From the NCBI GenBank assembly GCA_965221775.1, contig CBDCSU010000004.1:832001-896000 (forward strand): DNA of 64,000 nucleotides, given 5' to 3'. Positions 26,679 to 35,148 of this stretch are shown here, in pieces. The stretch is from Candidatus Latescibacterota bacterium (GTDB lineage Bacteria > Latescibacterota > UBA2968 > UBA8231). How positions within the stretch are numbered: position 1 is the stretch's first letter; the number at the start of each line of letters is the position of its first letter. A program made the translations under genes and the position numbers. The notes under the pieces are model-generated. The model saw only the letters and a list, made by a program, of their open reading frames with translations. It was not told the origin of the DNA and did not search any database.

Positions 26679-27713
26679 GTGCAGATTTTCGATCGCTATG
26701 CGGATCTGTTGCAGTGGGTGGAAGAGAAGGGGCACTCCCATGAGGTCCTCGGGTACGCGCCGGACGGATCGCCCCTGATCTGCCTGCGCGCCGGCGGCGA
26801 CAAGGAGCCGGCCATCTTCATCAGCGCCGGCAGCCACTCCACCGAGCAGGCCGGCGTGGGCGCCGCCATGGGCCTGCTGGAATCCCTCGACACCGAGCAC
26901 CAGGTCTACATCTTCCCCAGCAGGGACCCCATGGGGATGAACGGCTACGCCTACGTCCTGGGTATGAGCCTGGACGAGGTGCCCGAGCTGAACTCGGCGG
27001 CCGACGTGGCGGATGTCCTGAAGGCCCGCGGCGAGGTGCTCTACGAGGAGGACGATACCGTCCTCGCCATCGTCGGGGAGTACGGCTACTCGACGCGGGG
27101 GCTTCTCGGGAAGTTCGAGGTCGGCGCCGACTTCCTCGAACCCCTCCGCGGCCGGCGCATCTTCTTTCCCTCGGGCGACGAGGGGGAAGGCACCGCCCCC
27201 TGCCAGCGGGCCTACTCCCTGATCGTGACCCCCGAGGGCGAGATCCTGCACATCAACCGGTTCCACGACACCGCCTGGGCCCCGGTGGAATCGCGCTGCA
27301 CGCGCAACCTCATGGCCCGCATCAATCCCGGCCTGACCCTGGACCTGCATGAGTACGGCGGCGACGGCTTCTGGTTCTCCGCCCGCCACCAGCAGACCGA
27401 CGAGGACGAGCGCTGGGAGCAGAAGATGGCCGACACAATGATCCGCGCCGTGGCCGACTCGGGCGTCGAGCTGGCGCCCCACGGCTACATGCCCGGCCCC
27501 TTCTTCGAGGTCCAGGAGCGCGGCGTCGTATGGCTGATCGCCGAGCAGCGGGGAGAGGGCCTGAACCTGGCCGACTACGGGGCCAGCCTCTACGGGCCGT
27601 CCTTCACCATCGAGACGGGGATGAAGATGGCGGGTGGCTACGACGAGCGGGTGAGCACTTCGATGCTGGTCTCGCGGACGGCGGTCTCGGTCTTCGAGGA
27701 GCGGTGGGGTTGA
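26679..27713 (+). CDS. M14-like zinc peptidase / deacylase
   Basis: SAGSHSTE (HxxE), HINRF, LDLHE, FTIET; GGGGGA SD before GTG. Confidence 0.75.
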   Translation: MQIFDRYADLLQWVEEKGHSHEVLGYAPDGSPLICLRAGGDKEPAIFISAGSHSTEQAGVGAAMGLLESLDTEHQVYIFPSRDPMGMNGYAYVLGMSLDEVPELNSAADVADVLKARGEVLYEEDDTVLAIVGEYGYSTRGLLGKFEVGADFLEPLRGRRIFFPSGDEGEGTAPCQRAYSLIVTPEGEILHINRFHDTAWAPVESRCTRNLMARINPGLTLDLHEYGGDGFWFSARHQQTDEDERWEQKMADTMIRAVADSGVELAPHGYMPGPFFEVQERGVVWLIAEQRGEGLNLADYGASLYGPSFTIETGMKMAGGYDERVSTSMLVSRTAVSVFEERWG

Positions 27714-27720
27714 GGGGAGT

Positions 27721-28614
27721 TCAGCTCTCCTTCCTCACCCGGACTCCCAGCACCCGCTCCCACACCTTGATCATCGCTCCCTTGGCCTCGTCGCCGTGGC
27801 CCTCGGCCAGGGCCTGGCGGTAGGTCTGCATCGCCCCCGAGGCCACGGGCATGGGGGCCCGCTGCTGGTTGGCGCGCTCCATGATCGCCACCATGTCCTT
27901 GAAGGCGGCGCCCATGGGGTAGCCTTCGTCGAAGCGCCCCTGCAGGACGCGCTCGGCGAAGTAGTCGAAGCCGAAGCTCTGGCCGGAGCCGGTGGCCACC
28001 ACGCGGCGGAGCTTGTCGGGGTCGAGGCCGAGGCCCGTCGTCAGGGGCAGCATCTCGGCCATGGCCGCCACCGAGATGTTGTAGAGAACGTTGTTGGCCA
28101 TCTTGGTCAGCTGGCCGTGGCCGGGCGCGCCCATGTGGACCACGAGACGGCCGATGCGCTCCAGCAGGGGCTTCACCTTCTCGAAGGCGGTCTCGTCCCC
28201 GCCCACCATCACCGTCAGGGTCCCCGCGGCGGCGCGGTCCTCCAGGCCGGTGACCGGCGCGTCGAGGAACCGGACCCCCTGCCCCGCCAGCCGGTCCTCC
28301 ATGGACCGGGCGGCCTCGGGGCGGCAGGTGCTGCAGTCGACGACGACCGCTCCGGGAGTCAGGGACCCGGCCAGCCCTCCGGGGCCGAAGATGACCTCCT
28401 CCACAACGCTCTCTTCCGGCAAGGAGAGGAGGACCCGGTTGCAGCCCCGCCCGACGGAGGCCACATTCTCCACCGGCCTGACGCCGGGGGCCCTCACCGC
28501 CTCGCAGGCCGCGGCGTCGATGTCGTAGACGAGGATCTCCTCGCCGGCGCCCGCCAGGTTGACGACCATCCTCCGGCCCATGGCACCCAGACCGATGAAG
28601 CCCACCTTGTCCAT
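27721..28614 (-). CDS. NAD(P)-dependent beta-hydroxyacid dehydrogenase (3-hydroxyisobutyrate dehydrogenase family)
   Basis: GFIGLGAMG, FLDAPVTG, TLTVMVGG, KMANN, FKDM. Confidence 0.93.
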   Translation of the reverse strand: MDKVGFIGLGAMGRRMVVNLAGAGEEILVYDIDAAACEAVRAPGVRPVENVASVGRGCNRVLLSLPEESVVEEVIFGPGGLAGSLTPGAVVVDCSTCRPEAARSMEDRLAGQGVRFLDAPVTGLEDRAAAGTLTVMVGGDETAFEKVKPLLERIGRLVVHMGAPGHGQLTKMANNVLYNISVAAMAEMLPLTTGLGLDPDKLRRVVATGSGQSFGFDYFAERVLQGRFDEGYPMGAAFKDMVAIMERANQQRAPMPVASGAMQTYRQALAEGHGDEAKGAMIKVWERVLGVRVRKES

Positions 28615-28647
28615 GTCGAACCCTCCGCCTCAACCGGGGAACCGGGT

Positions 28648-29217
28648 GTGAGCACCAGCCGCCTGCGACAACTCGAGCGCGACGATCTCGACGAGCAGCA
28701 GAAGGCCGTCTGGGACGCCATCGTCGAGGCCCGCGGCAACGTGGCCGGCCCCTTTCGCGTCTGGCTCCACAGCGCCCCCTTCACCGACCGCGCCCAGAAG
28801 CTCGGCGCCCTGGTCCGCTACCAGACCCGCCTCGAGCCCCGCCTCTCGGAGCTGGTCATCCTGGTCACGGCCCGCGCCTGGGACTGCCAGCTCGAGTGGA
28901 CCTTGCACGAGCCGATCGCCCTCGAGGCCGGCCTGGCGCCGGAGCTGCTGGAGGCGGTCCGCCTCGGGCAGTACCCCGAGTTCGAGCGCGAGGACGAGCG
29001 GACGGTCTACGACTACGCCGCCGAGCTGGTCTACAACCGCTTCGTCCAGGAACGCACCTTCGCCACGGCGCGCGACCTGCTCGGCGAGGCCGGCGTCGTC
29101 GAGCTCACCGGCCTCATCGGCTACTACTCGATGGTGGCCATGTCCCTCAACGCCTTCCAGGTGCCGCTGCCCAAGGGCACCAAGCCCACTCTCGTGGACT
29201 GCCCCACCTTCCGTTAG
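28648..29217 (+). CDS. Carboxymuconolactone decarboxylase / AhpD-like protein
   Basis: GPFRVWLHS, ELVILVTAR, EWTLHEPIALEAG, GVVELTGLIGYY. Confidence 0.88.
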   Translation: MSTSRLRQLERDDLDEQQKAVWDAIVEARGNVAGPFRVWLHSAPFTDRAQKLGALVRYQTRLEPRLSELVILVTARAWDCQLEWTLHEPIALEAGLAPELLEAVRLGQYPEFEREDERTVYDYAAELVYNRFVQERTFATARDLLGEAGVVELTGLIGYYSMVAMSLNAFQVPLPKGTKPTLVDCPTFR

Positions 29218-29990
29218 TCGGGCAACCCCGCGGCGATCTCGCCGCAGGTGACCGACCAGCACCCGAACATCTCCAGGTTCAGGATCGTCGACCGCGTCTG
29301 CCCCAGGGCCTCGTGGGTGGCCGCCGACTCCATGCCCGTGGTGCCGTCGCGCACGATCAGCACCGCGTAGCCGCGGCGGTTCATGTCGATGGTGCCGTAG
29401 TCGCGGTGCAGGATGCAGGCGTTGGTGTTGAAGCCGGCGAAGAGCAGGAACATCACCCCCTGCCGCCGGCACCAGAGGTGCAGCTCCTCGCCGGAGGAGA
29501 CCACCGGCTCCCCCTCGGCCGGCTGCAGGTCGGGGTGGATCCGCAGGCCCGCGCGCACCTCATCGCGCTCGGGGTCGCGCGGCTCCCCGGGCGGGCCGTA
29601 GGCGGCGAACTCCCCCTGGCGCTGGCGGAACTCGGGGGGCGGCCAGTCGGCGTCGTCGGGCCAGGTCTTGCGGTCCCAGCCCTCGAGGCAGACCCAGTTC
29701 GGGTGCGACACGGCCTGGGGCGGCGAGGGGGCGTGCACGACCGGCAGACCGGCGGCGCGGCAGCGGTCGACCAGGGGCCGCAGCCGTTGCTGGATGATCT
29801 CGTCGGCGCGGGCGTGGGTGTCCTTCAGGTAGTGGCGGTCCCAGACGTCGACCAGGACGAGGGCCGTCCGCGACAGCGGGATGCGCCAGTCGAGGTGGTC
29901 GTACGTGGTGTTCGACTCCACCCACTCGACGCCGGGGTCGACGTGCCAGCGGTGGTAGCGGGGGCGGACGTGGAGACAGCGGCGGCTCAC
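29214..29990 (-). CDS. Isochorismatase family cysteine hydrolase
   Basis: TALVLVDVW, LPVVHAP, AGFNTNAC, IVRDGT; GTG start overlapping the upstream stop. Confidence 0.85.
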   Translation of the reverse strand: MSRRCLHVRPRYHRWHVDPGVEWVESNTTYDHLDWRIPLSRTALVLVDVWDRHYLKDTHARADEIIQQRLRPLVDRCRAAGLPVVHAPSPPQAVSHPNWVCLEGWDRKTWPDDADWPPPEFRQRQGEFAAYGPPGEPRDPERDEVRAGLRIHPDLQPAEGEPVVSSGEELHLWCRRQGVMFLLFAGFNTNACILHRDYGTIDMNRRGYAVLIVRDGTTGMESAATHEALGQTRSTILNLEMFGCWSVTCGEIAAGLPD

Positions 29991-30772
29991 AGGAGCAGCA
30001 GTTCGTTGCGGCAGTCGATGCGCACGGACTTCGAGTAGTGGTGGACCTCCACGCCCTCGGCCACCGGCACCGGGACGCGGACCAGCAGCTCGGCCCAGTC
30101 GAAGCGGTGGAAGGCGATGAAGGCCAGCTCCAGGGAGCCGATGAGGTCTTCGGACTCGACCTCCAGGCCGGGGACCAGGACCGGCCCCGTGTCCGGCTGG
30201 AAGAGCACGTCCCGCTCGTTGGCGTTCACCGTTTTCACCGGGTACTCCAGCTCCACCTCGTAGCGCCCGTTGCTGTAAAGGGTGCGCGCCACGAGCGTGC
30301 GGTTGCCGAGGATCGCCTCCACCGCCTCCGCCGAGCTCTCCAGGGTCCGCGCCTCGACGCGCTCCACGTCGGTGCGGGCGCTCTCGAAGGCCTCTTCCAC
30401 GCGCACCACCTGGCGTTCCGGCTGCATGCCGAGGGACTCGACGTACAGCGGCAGCTGGCGGCCGACGATGTCGTAGGTCTTGAGGCTGAGGAACTCGCCG
30501 TCGTCGGAGAGGACCGGCTTGAAGTCGGCATTCGGCTGCGGCCAGATGCCGTCCTCGGCCCCCACCGCCTCGGTCTTGCAGCTCACGCCGAGAGCGAAGC
30601 GGCGGCTCCGGCCCGAGGCCGTCTCGGTCACCGTGCACAGGCAGTCCAGGGGCACGCGGGCGTTGTTCAGCGCGTACGGCGGCGGCACCGTCACCGTCGC
30701 CGGCGGCAGCTTGTCCCTGTCGGAGCGCCACCACACGTAGGAGCGCGCGAAGTCGACGGCCGAGGCGCTCAC
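29987..30772 (-). CDS. Hypothetical protein
   Basis: 261-aa ORF with host codon bias, overlapping both neighbours within the operon. Confidence 0.78.
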   Translation of the reverse strand: MSASAVDFARSYVWWRSDRDKLPPATVTVPPPYALNNARVPLDCLCTVTETASGRSRRFALGVSCKTEAVGAEDGIWPQPNADFKPVLSDDGEFLSLKTYDIVGRQLPLYVESLGMQPERQVVRVEEAFESARTDVERVEARTLESSAEAVEAILGNRTLVARTLYSNGRYEVELEYPVKTVNANERDVLFQPDTGPVLVPGLEVESEDLIGSLELAFIAFHRFDWAELLVRVPVPVAEGVEVHHYSKSVRIDCRNELLLL

Positions 30773-31551
30773 ACGCAGGTCCAGCCGCCGTCGACCATGA
30801 GGGCCTCGCCGGTGACGTAGGCCGAGGCGTCGGAGGCGAGGAAGACGACGGCGCCCTTGATGTCCTCGTTGTCGAGCATGCGGCCCAGGGGGCAGCGCTT
30901 CTCGTAGGCCTCGACGAAGGGGCCGGGCTGCTCGTCGTAGTAGCCCCCGGGGCAGATGCAGTTGGCGCGCACCCCCTGCTTGCCGAAGTAGTTGGCCAGG
31001 TAGCGGGTGAAGTTGATCATGCCGGCTTTCACGAAGGTGTAGTCCGGCGGCTGCCGCATGGGCGTGTTCTCATACAGGGTCGGGTCGTTGGCCACGACCC
31101 CGTAGATGCTGGAGATGTTGATGATCGAGCCGCGGCGGCGCTCGGCCATGCCCGGCAGGAAGGCCTTGCACAGGGCGAAGAGGCCGGTCATGTTGCCGCG
31201 GGCGCTGAACTCCCAGTAGTCGGGGGTCTGCTCCTCGAAGCCGCCGCCGCGGGCGACGACGGCGGAGTTGACGAGCACGTCGACGCGGTCGAAGCGGTCG
31301 TGGACCTGGGCGCCGAACTCGGCGATGGAAGCGGTGTCGGTGACGTCGAGCTGCAGGGCGTGGGCCGAGTGGCCCTTGGCGCGCAGCTCGTCGGCGAAGG
31401 CCTCGTTGCGCTCCAGGGAGCGGGAGGCCGTGATCACGGTGGCTCCCGCCTCGGCCAAGGCCTCGGAGATGCTGGAGCCGAAGAGCGGCCCGGCGCCGCC
31501 GGTGACCACGGCGATGCGCCCGTCGAGTGAGAAGCGGTCGAGAATCCCCAT
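30769..31551 (-). CDS. SDR family oxidoreductase
   Basis: VTGGAG, LVNSA, SSIYG, YTFVKAG (YxxxK), VDGGW. Confidence 0.94.
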   Translation of the reverse strand: MGILDRFSLDGRIAVVTGGAGPLFGSSISEALAEAGATVITASRSLERNEAFADELRAKGHSAHALQLDVTDTASIAEFGAQVHDRFDRVDVLVNSAVVARGGGFEEQTPDYWEFSARGNMTGLFALCKAFLPGMAERRRGSIINISSIYGVVANDPTLYENTPMRQPPDYTFVKAGMINFTRYLANYFGKQGVRANCICPGGYYDEQPGPFVEAYEKRCPLGRMLDNEDIKGAVVFLASDASAYVTGEALMVDGGWTCV

Positions 31552-32363
31552 CAGTGCTGGTCCCTCCTCGGCAGGATCGGTTGCGCCCGCAATTCGCGGA
31601 TCAGGTCGACGAGACCGCTCACGGCGGCCTCCAGCCAGGCCTCGCCCTTCTCGGGGGTGGCCTTTGTCGCATCACCGAGGACGCCGCTGGCGGTCTGCGA
31701 ACTCCAGTAGGGTATCAGCCGCGCCCCGGAGCCCTCCGGGTGGGTGCCGGCCAGCAGGTCGGAGCGGAAGCTCTTCGACAGGGGCGAGCGCTCGTCCACG
31801 GCCTTGTCCATCTCCACCAGCTCCGGCTTCAGCGCCAGGTAGAGGGCGGTCTCGTACTCGCCGCCGTGGGAGGTGCCGCCGTGGTCGGAGTCGCGCAGCT
31901 CGGCGCCGGCGGTCTTGGACTTGCGCAGGTCCCAGTGGCTGACGCTGGCGCAGTAGACCCGCCCCTCGTACTCCATCACCGTGAGCCGCGCCGCCAGGTC
32001 CAGGGGCGAGGCGTTGCTGCCGTGGCCGTTGACGATGAGGATGCGCTCGAAGCCGTGGTGGCCGAGGCTGCAGGCCACGTCCTTCACGTAGCGGATGAAG
32101 GTGTCCCAGGTGATGGTCAGAGTGCCGTGGAAGTCCATGTGGTGGGGGCTGTAGCCATGGGGCACGGCCGGCGCCAGCACCGCTTCCCCCGGGATGCGCG
32201 CCACGGCGCGCTCGCAGATGCCGGTGCACAGCACCACGTCCGTGTCCACCGGCAGGTGCGGTCCGTGGTCCTCGTAGGTGGCCACGGGCAGCACCGCCAC
32301 GCGGCCGTCGCGGGCGGCGTCGCGGATCTCGTGCCAGATCATCTCGGCGAATCGGTACTTCAA
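31551..32363 (-). CDS. Creatininase family amidohydrolase
   Basis: EDHGPHLPVDTD, VNGHGSN, HGGEYET; GGAGG SD before TTG. Confidence 0.93.
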   Translation of the reverse strand: MKYRFAEMIWHEIRDAARDGRVAVLPVATYEDHGPHLPVDTDVVLCTGICERAVARIPGEAVLAPAVPHGYSPHHMDFHGTLTITWDTFIRYVKDVACSLGHHGFERILIVNGHGSNASPLDLAARLTVMEYEGRVYCASVSHWDLRKSKTAGAELRDSDHGGTSHGGEYETALYLALKPELVEMDKAVDERSPLSKSFRSDLLAGTHPEGSGARLIPYWSSQTASGVLGDATKATPEKGEAWLEAAVSGLVDLIRELRAQPILPRRDQH

Positions 32364-32491
32364 CGTATCCTCCCTCCTGGGCCGTACCTTTCAGGAAGGG
32401 AAAGGCCAGATCGGCTGGAGAGCAACCTGAATTCGCCGCTCCCGCCCGATGAATGGACCTCCCTCACCCTTCCACTTTGGAGGATTCTCCT

Positions 32492-33055
32492 ATGGCAGCC
32501 TTGAGATACCTCGCCCTGGCGGTAGTCGTGGCTGGCGCCGGCTGCGCTACCAGGGCCGCTCCTGCTTCCAGACAGGCCGAAGTGATCGAGGACACCTCCG
32601 CCCGCCAATCCTCCCCCACGCCCGGCCTGGGTATCAGCCGATCCAGGATTCAAGCGCATTTCGAGAAACGTGGTTGGACCTTCAAGCCCGCCCCCCGGCG
32701 ACGGCCCACCGGAGAGGAACGGCTCCTGGGGGAAGCGTCCTTCGGCAAGGCGACGCTCGAGTTGATCGGTCCTGAGCACAACATCATTCAGGCCGACATG
32801 TCGGTCTCCTTCTCGCCTGCCCTTCGCGAAGAGACAATCAGGAGTCACACCGGATTCCTGGGGGATTTCGTGAAGATCATACTCCCGGGTTGGAGGGAAG
32901 CCTACGTCTTGTTGGGGAGCCATATGCACTGGGCCAGCACAGGCGGGAGTCCGCAGGGTCGGCAACATGTAGTGGAACCGGACAGGATTTTTGAAGTGGA
33001 GCATCCTGAACCCTGGAAACTGACGATCTCCGCCAGGTTGCTGGAGGGTCCATAG
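32492..33055 (+). CDS. Hypothetical lipoprotein
   Basis: GGAGG SD; MAALRYLALAVVVAGAG-C lipobox-like; lower GC. Confidence 0.62.
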   Translation: MAALRYLALAVVVAGAGCATRAAPASRQAEVIEDTSARQSSPTPGLGISRSRIQAHFEKRGWTFKPAPRRRPTGEERLLGEASFGKATLELIGPEHNIIQADMSVSFSPALREETIRSHTGFLGDFVKIILPGWREAYVLLGSHMHWASTGGSPQGRQHVVEPDRIFEVEHPEPWKLTISARLLEGP

Positions 33056-33182
33056 GAGAGCCGGCGCGGCGCTCCCGGGGGGCCCCGGTCTCCAGGCGAT
33101 GTCGCCGAGGCCCGGCGCTGCATGCTGATCCGCTGATCCTCATCTTGGCACGATCCAGACTGACGATGATCCGGGAGGCACG

Positions 33183-33432
33183 ATGAAAGGACATGTGGGC
33201 AGCAACTTCGACGAGTTCCTCGCAGAGGAGGGCCTTCTCAGCGAAGCGGAGGCGACAGCCGTGAAGCGCGTCACCGAACAAGCTGTCCAAGTCGGCGATG
33301 GCCAGGCGCATGCGAACCAGTCGGTCAGCGCTGGACCGCCTGCTCGACTCGTCCAATCCCTCGGTGACGCTGCAGACGATGGACCGCGCTGCGCGGGCCC
33401 TGGGCAAGAAGCTCCGCATTGAACTGACCTGA
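33183..33432 (+). pseudogene. Frameshifted XRE/HTH antitoxin-type regulator
   Basis: Frame 1 gives MKGHVGSNFDEFLAEEGLLSEAEATAVKRV; the +1 frame continues NKLSKSAMARRMRTSRSALDRLLDSSNPSVTLQTMDRAARALGKKLRIELT*. The linker segment appears deleted. Confidence 0.8.
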
Positions 33433-33434
33433 CT

Positions 33435-34271
33435 TCACCCGCCCGCGCCGCGGTGCAGGGTGGCGATCCAGCGCTCGGCGGAGATGAAGCCCCAGCTCCA
33501 GCCGGACCACTGCTCCGCCACGCCGGCGGCCTGCAGCTCCTCCAGCGTCTTGCCCGCGGCCATCCCGTCCTCCACCGCCGCCCGGGTCTGGCGGATCATG
33601 CGCAGGTAGGTGCGCAGATCGTCGGGCGTGGCCAGATCCCCGTGGCCGGGGATGACCCGCGTCTCGGGGCCGACCCGCGCCAGCACCGCCTCGACGGCGG
33701 CGATCACCCCGTCGACGCTGCCGCCGGCGTCGATGTCGACGAAGGGGAACAGCCCGTGGAACATGATGTCGCCCATGTGGACCGCGTCCGAGCCGGTGAA
33801 GAACACGACGGCGTCGCCGTCGGTGTGGGCCGCCGGAAAGTGGACGACCTCGATCTCCTCGCCGTTGAAGTGCAGGGAGACCCCCTCCTCGAAGGTGAGC
33901 ACGGGCAGGGCCTCGGGCGGCGGGGCCTCCCCGGCCATCAGGCGGGCGCGGACATTGTGGTGCGCCAGGATCGCAGTGACGGCGCCGAAGACGGCATTGC
34001 CGCCGGTATGGTCGGGGTGGTAGTGGGTGTTGAGGAGGAAGGCGGGATCGCCCTCCCCGAGGCCGGCGAGGGCGGCGCGCATCGGCTCGGCGAGGTTGGC
34101 GAACTTGGCGTCGATCAGCAGCAGGCCGTCGTCGCCGGCGCAGACGCCGATGTTGCCGCCGTGGCCGTTGATCATGTGGATGCCGCCGGTCACCGGGGTG
34201 ACCGTCAGCTCCTGGGCGGACAGGGCGCCGGCGGCCAGCAGCGGCCACAGGGGCAGCAGAAGGGTCTTCAT
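33435..34271 (-). CDS. Secreted MBL-fold metallo-hydrolase (cyclase-like)
   Basis: Signal peptide; NTHYHPDHTGGN, AHTDGD, HMGD, IPGHG; TATAAT at 34293-34298 upstream. Confidence 0.92.
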   Translation of the reverse strand: MKTLLLPLWPLLAAGALSAQELTVTPVTGGIHMINGHGGNIGVCAGDDGLLLIDAKFANLAEPMRAALAGLGEGDPAFLLNTHYHPDHTGGNAVFGAVTAILAHHNVRARLMAGEAPPPEALPVLTFEEGVSLHFNGEEIEVVHFPAAHTDGDAVVFFTGSDAVHMGDIMFHGLFPFVDIDAGGSVDGVIAAVEAVLARVGPETRVIPGHGDLATPDDLRTYLRMIRQTRAAVEDGMAAGKTLEELQAAGVAEQWSGWSWGFISAERWIATLHRGAGG

Positions 34272-34395
34272 CAGGGGCTCTCCTCGGCACACATTATACT
34301 CGCCACACGGACTTTCCCGCACACGGACGAGGAAACGGGCGCCACGCAATGACGGACGAGTTCGGCACGGACCGGGACGGATCGGGCCGGCGGCG

Positions 34396-35148
34396 ATGAT
34401 GCCACCCGGGCCGATCGACGACCGCCGCGGAAGACGGCGAGGCCGCCGGACGCTGGCCCTGTGCGCCCTGCTGGCCGGGGCCGCCCTCGCCGAGCCGGCG
34501 CCGGACCCGCGGACGGTCCTGTTCTTCGGCGACTCCCTGACCGCCGGCTACGGCGTCGAACCGGAGCAGGCCTTCCCGGCCCTGATCCAGGCGCGGCTGG
34601 ACTCCCTCGCCTGGCCGGTGCGTACCGCCAACGCCGGCCTCGCCGGCGAGACCACCGCCGCCGGACTGCGCCGCATCGACTGGGTCCTGCGTCCCCCGGT
34701 GGATGTCTTCGTCCTGGCCCTCGGCGGCAACGACGGTCTGCGCGGTCTGCCCCGGGACCAGACCGAAGGCAACCTGCAGGGCATCCTCGACCGGGTGCAG
34801 GCGAGGTTCCCGGAGGCCGTCCTGGTCGTGGCCGGGGTGCGCCTGCCGCCGAACCTGGGGGAGCCGTACATCCAGGACTTCCAGGCCGTCTTTCCGCGGC
34901 TGGCGCAGGCCAACGGGGCGGTGCTGATCCCGAGGCTCCTGGAAGGGGTCGGCGGCGACCGCGAGCTGATGCTCGACGACGGCATCCACCCGAACGCGGC
35001 CGGCCACCGCCGGGTGGCGGAGACGGTGTGGGCGGCGCTGGAGCCGCTGCTGGCGCCGCGCGCCTCAACCGGCGCGCCGGAGGACCTCGAGGGGCGGGAC
35101 GCTACGGACCCCCCGGCTGCCGGCGACGCCGAAGGCGACGGTCAGTAG
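34396..35148 (+). CDS. tesA: Arylesterase / acyl-CoA thioesterase I (SGNH hydrolase)
   Basis: FGDSLTAGYG, GETTAAG, LGGNDGLRG, PPNLG, DGIHPN; start uncertain. Confidence 0.88.
   Translation: MMPPGPIDDRRGRRRGRRTLALCALLAGAALAEPAPDPRTVLFFGDSLTAGYGVEPEQAFPALIQARLDSLAWPVRTANAGLAGETTAAGLRRIDWVLRPPVDVFVLALGGNDGLRGLPRDQTEGNLQGILDRVQARFPEAVLVVAGVRLPPNLGEPYIQDFQAVFPRLAQANGAVLIPRLLEGVGGDRELMLDDGIHPNAAGHRRVAETVWAALEPLLAPRASTGAPEDLEGRDATDPPAAGDAEGDGQ

Noticed and set aside
33183-33432. Programmed ribosomal frameshift in the XRE gene
   Set aside because: There is no slippery sequence at the junction and residues appear to be missing, which fits a deletion better.
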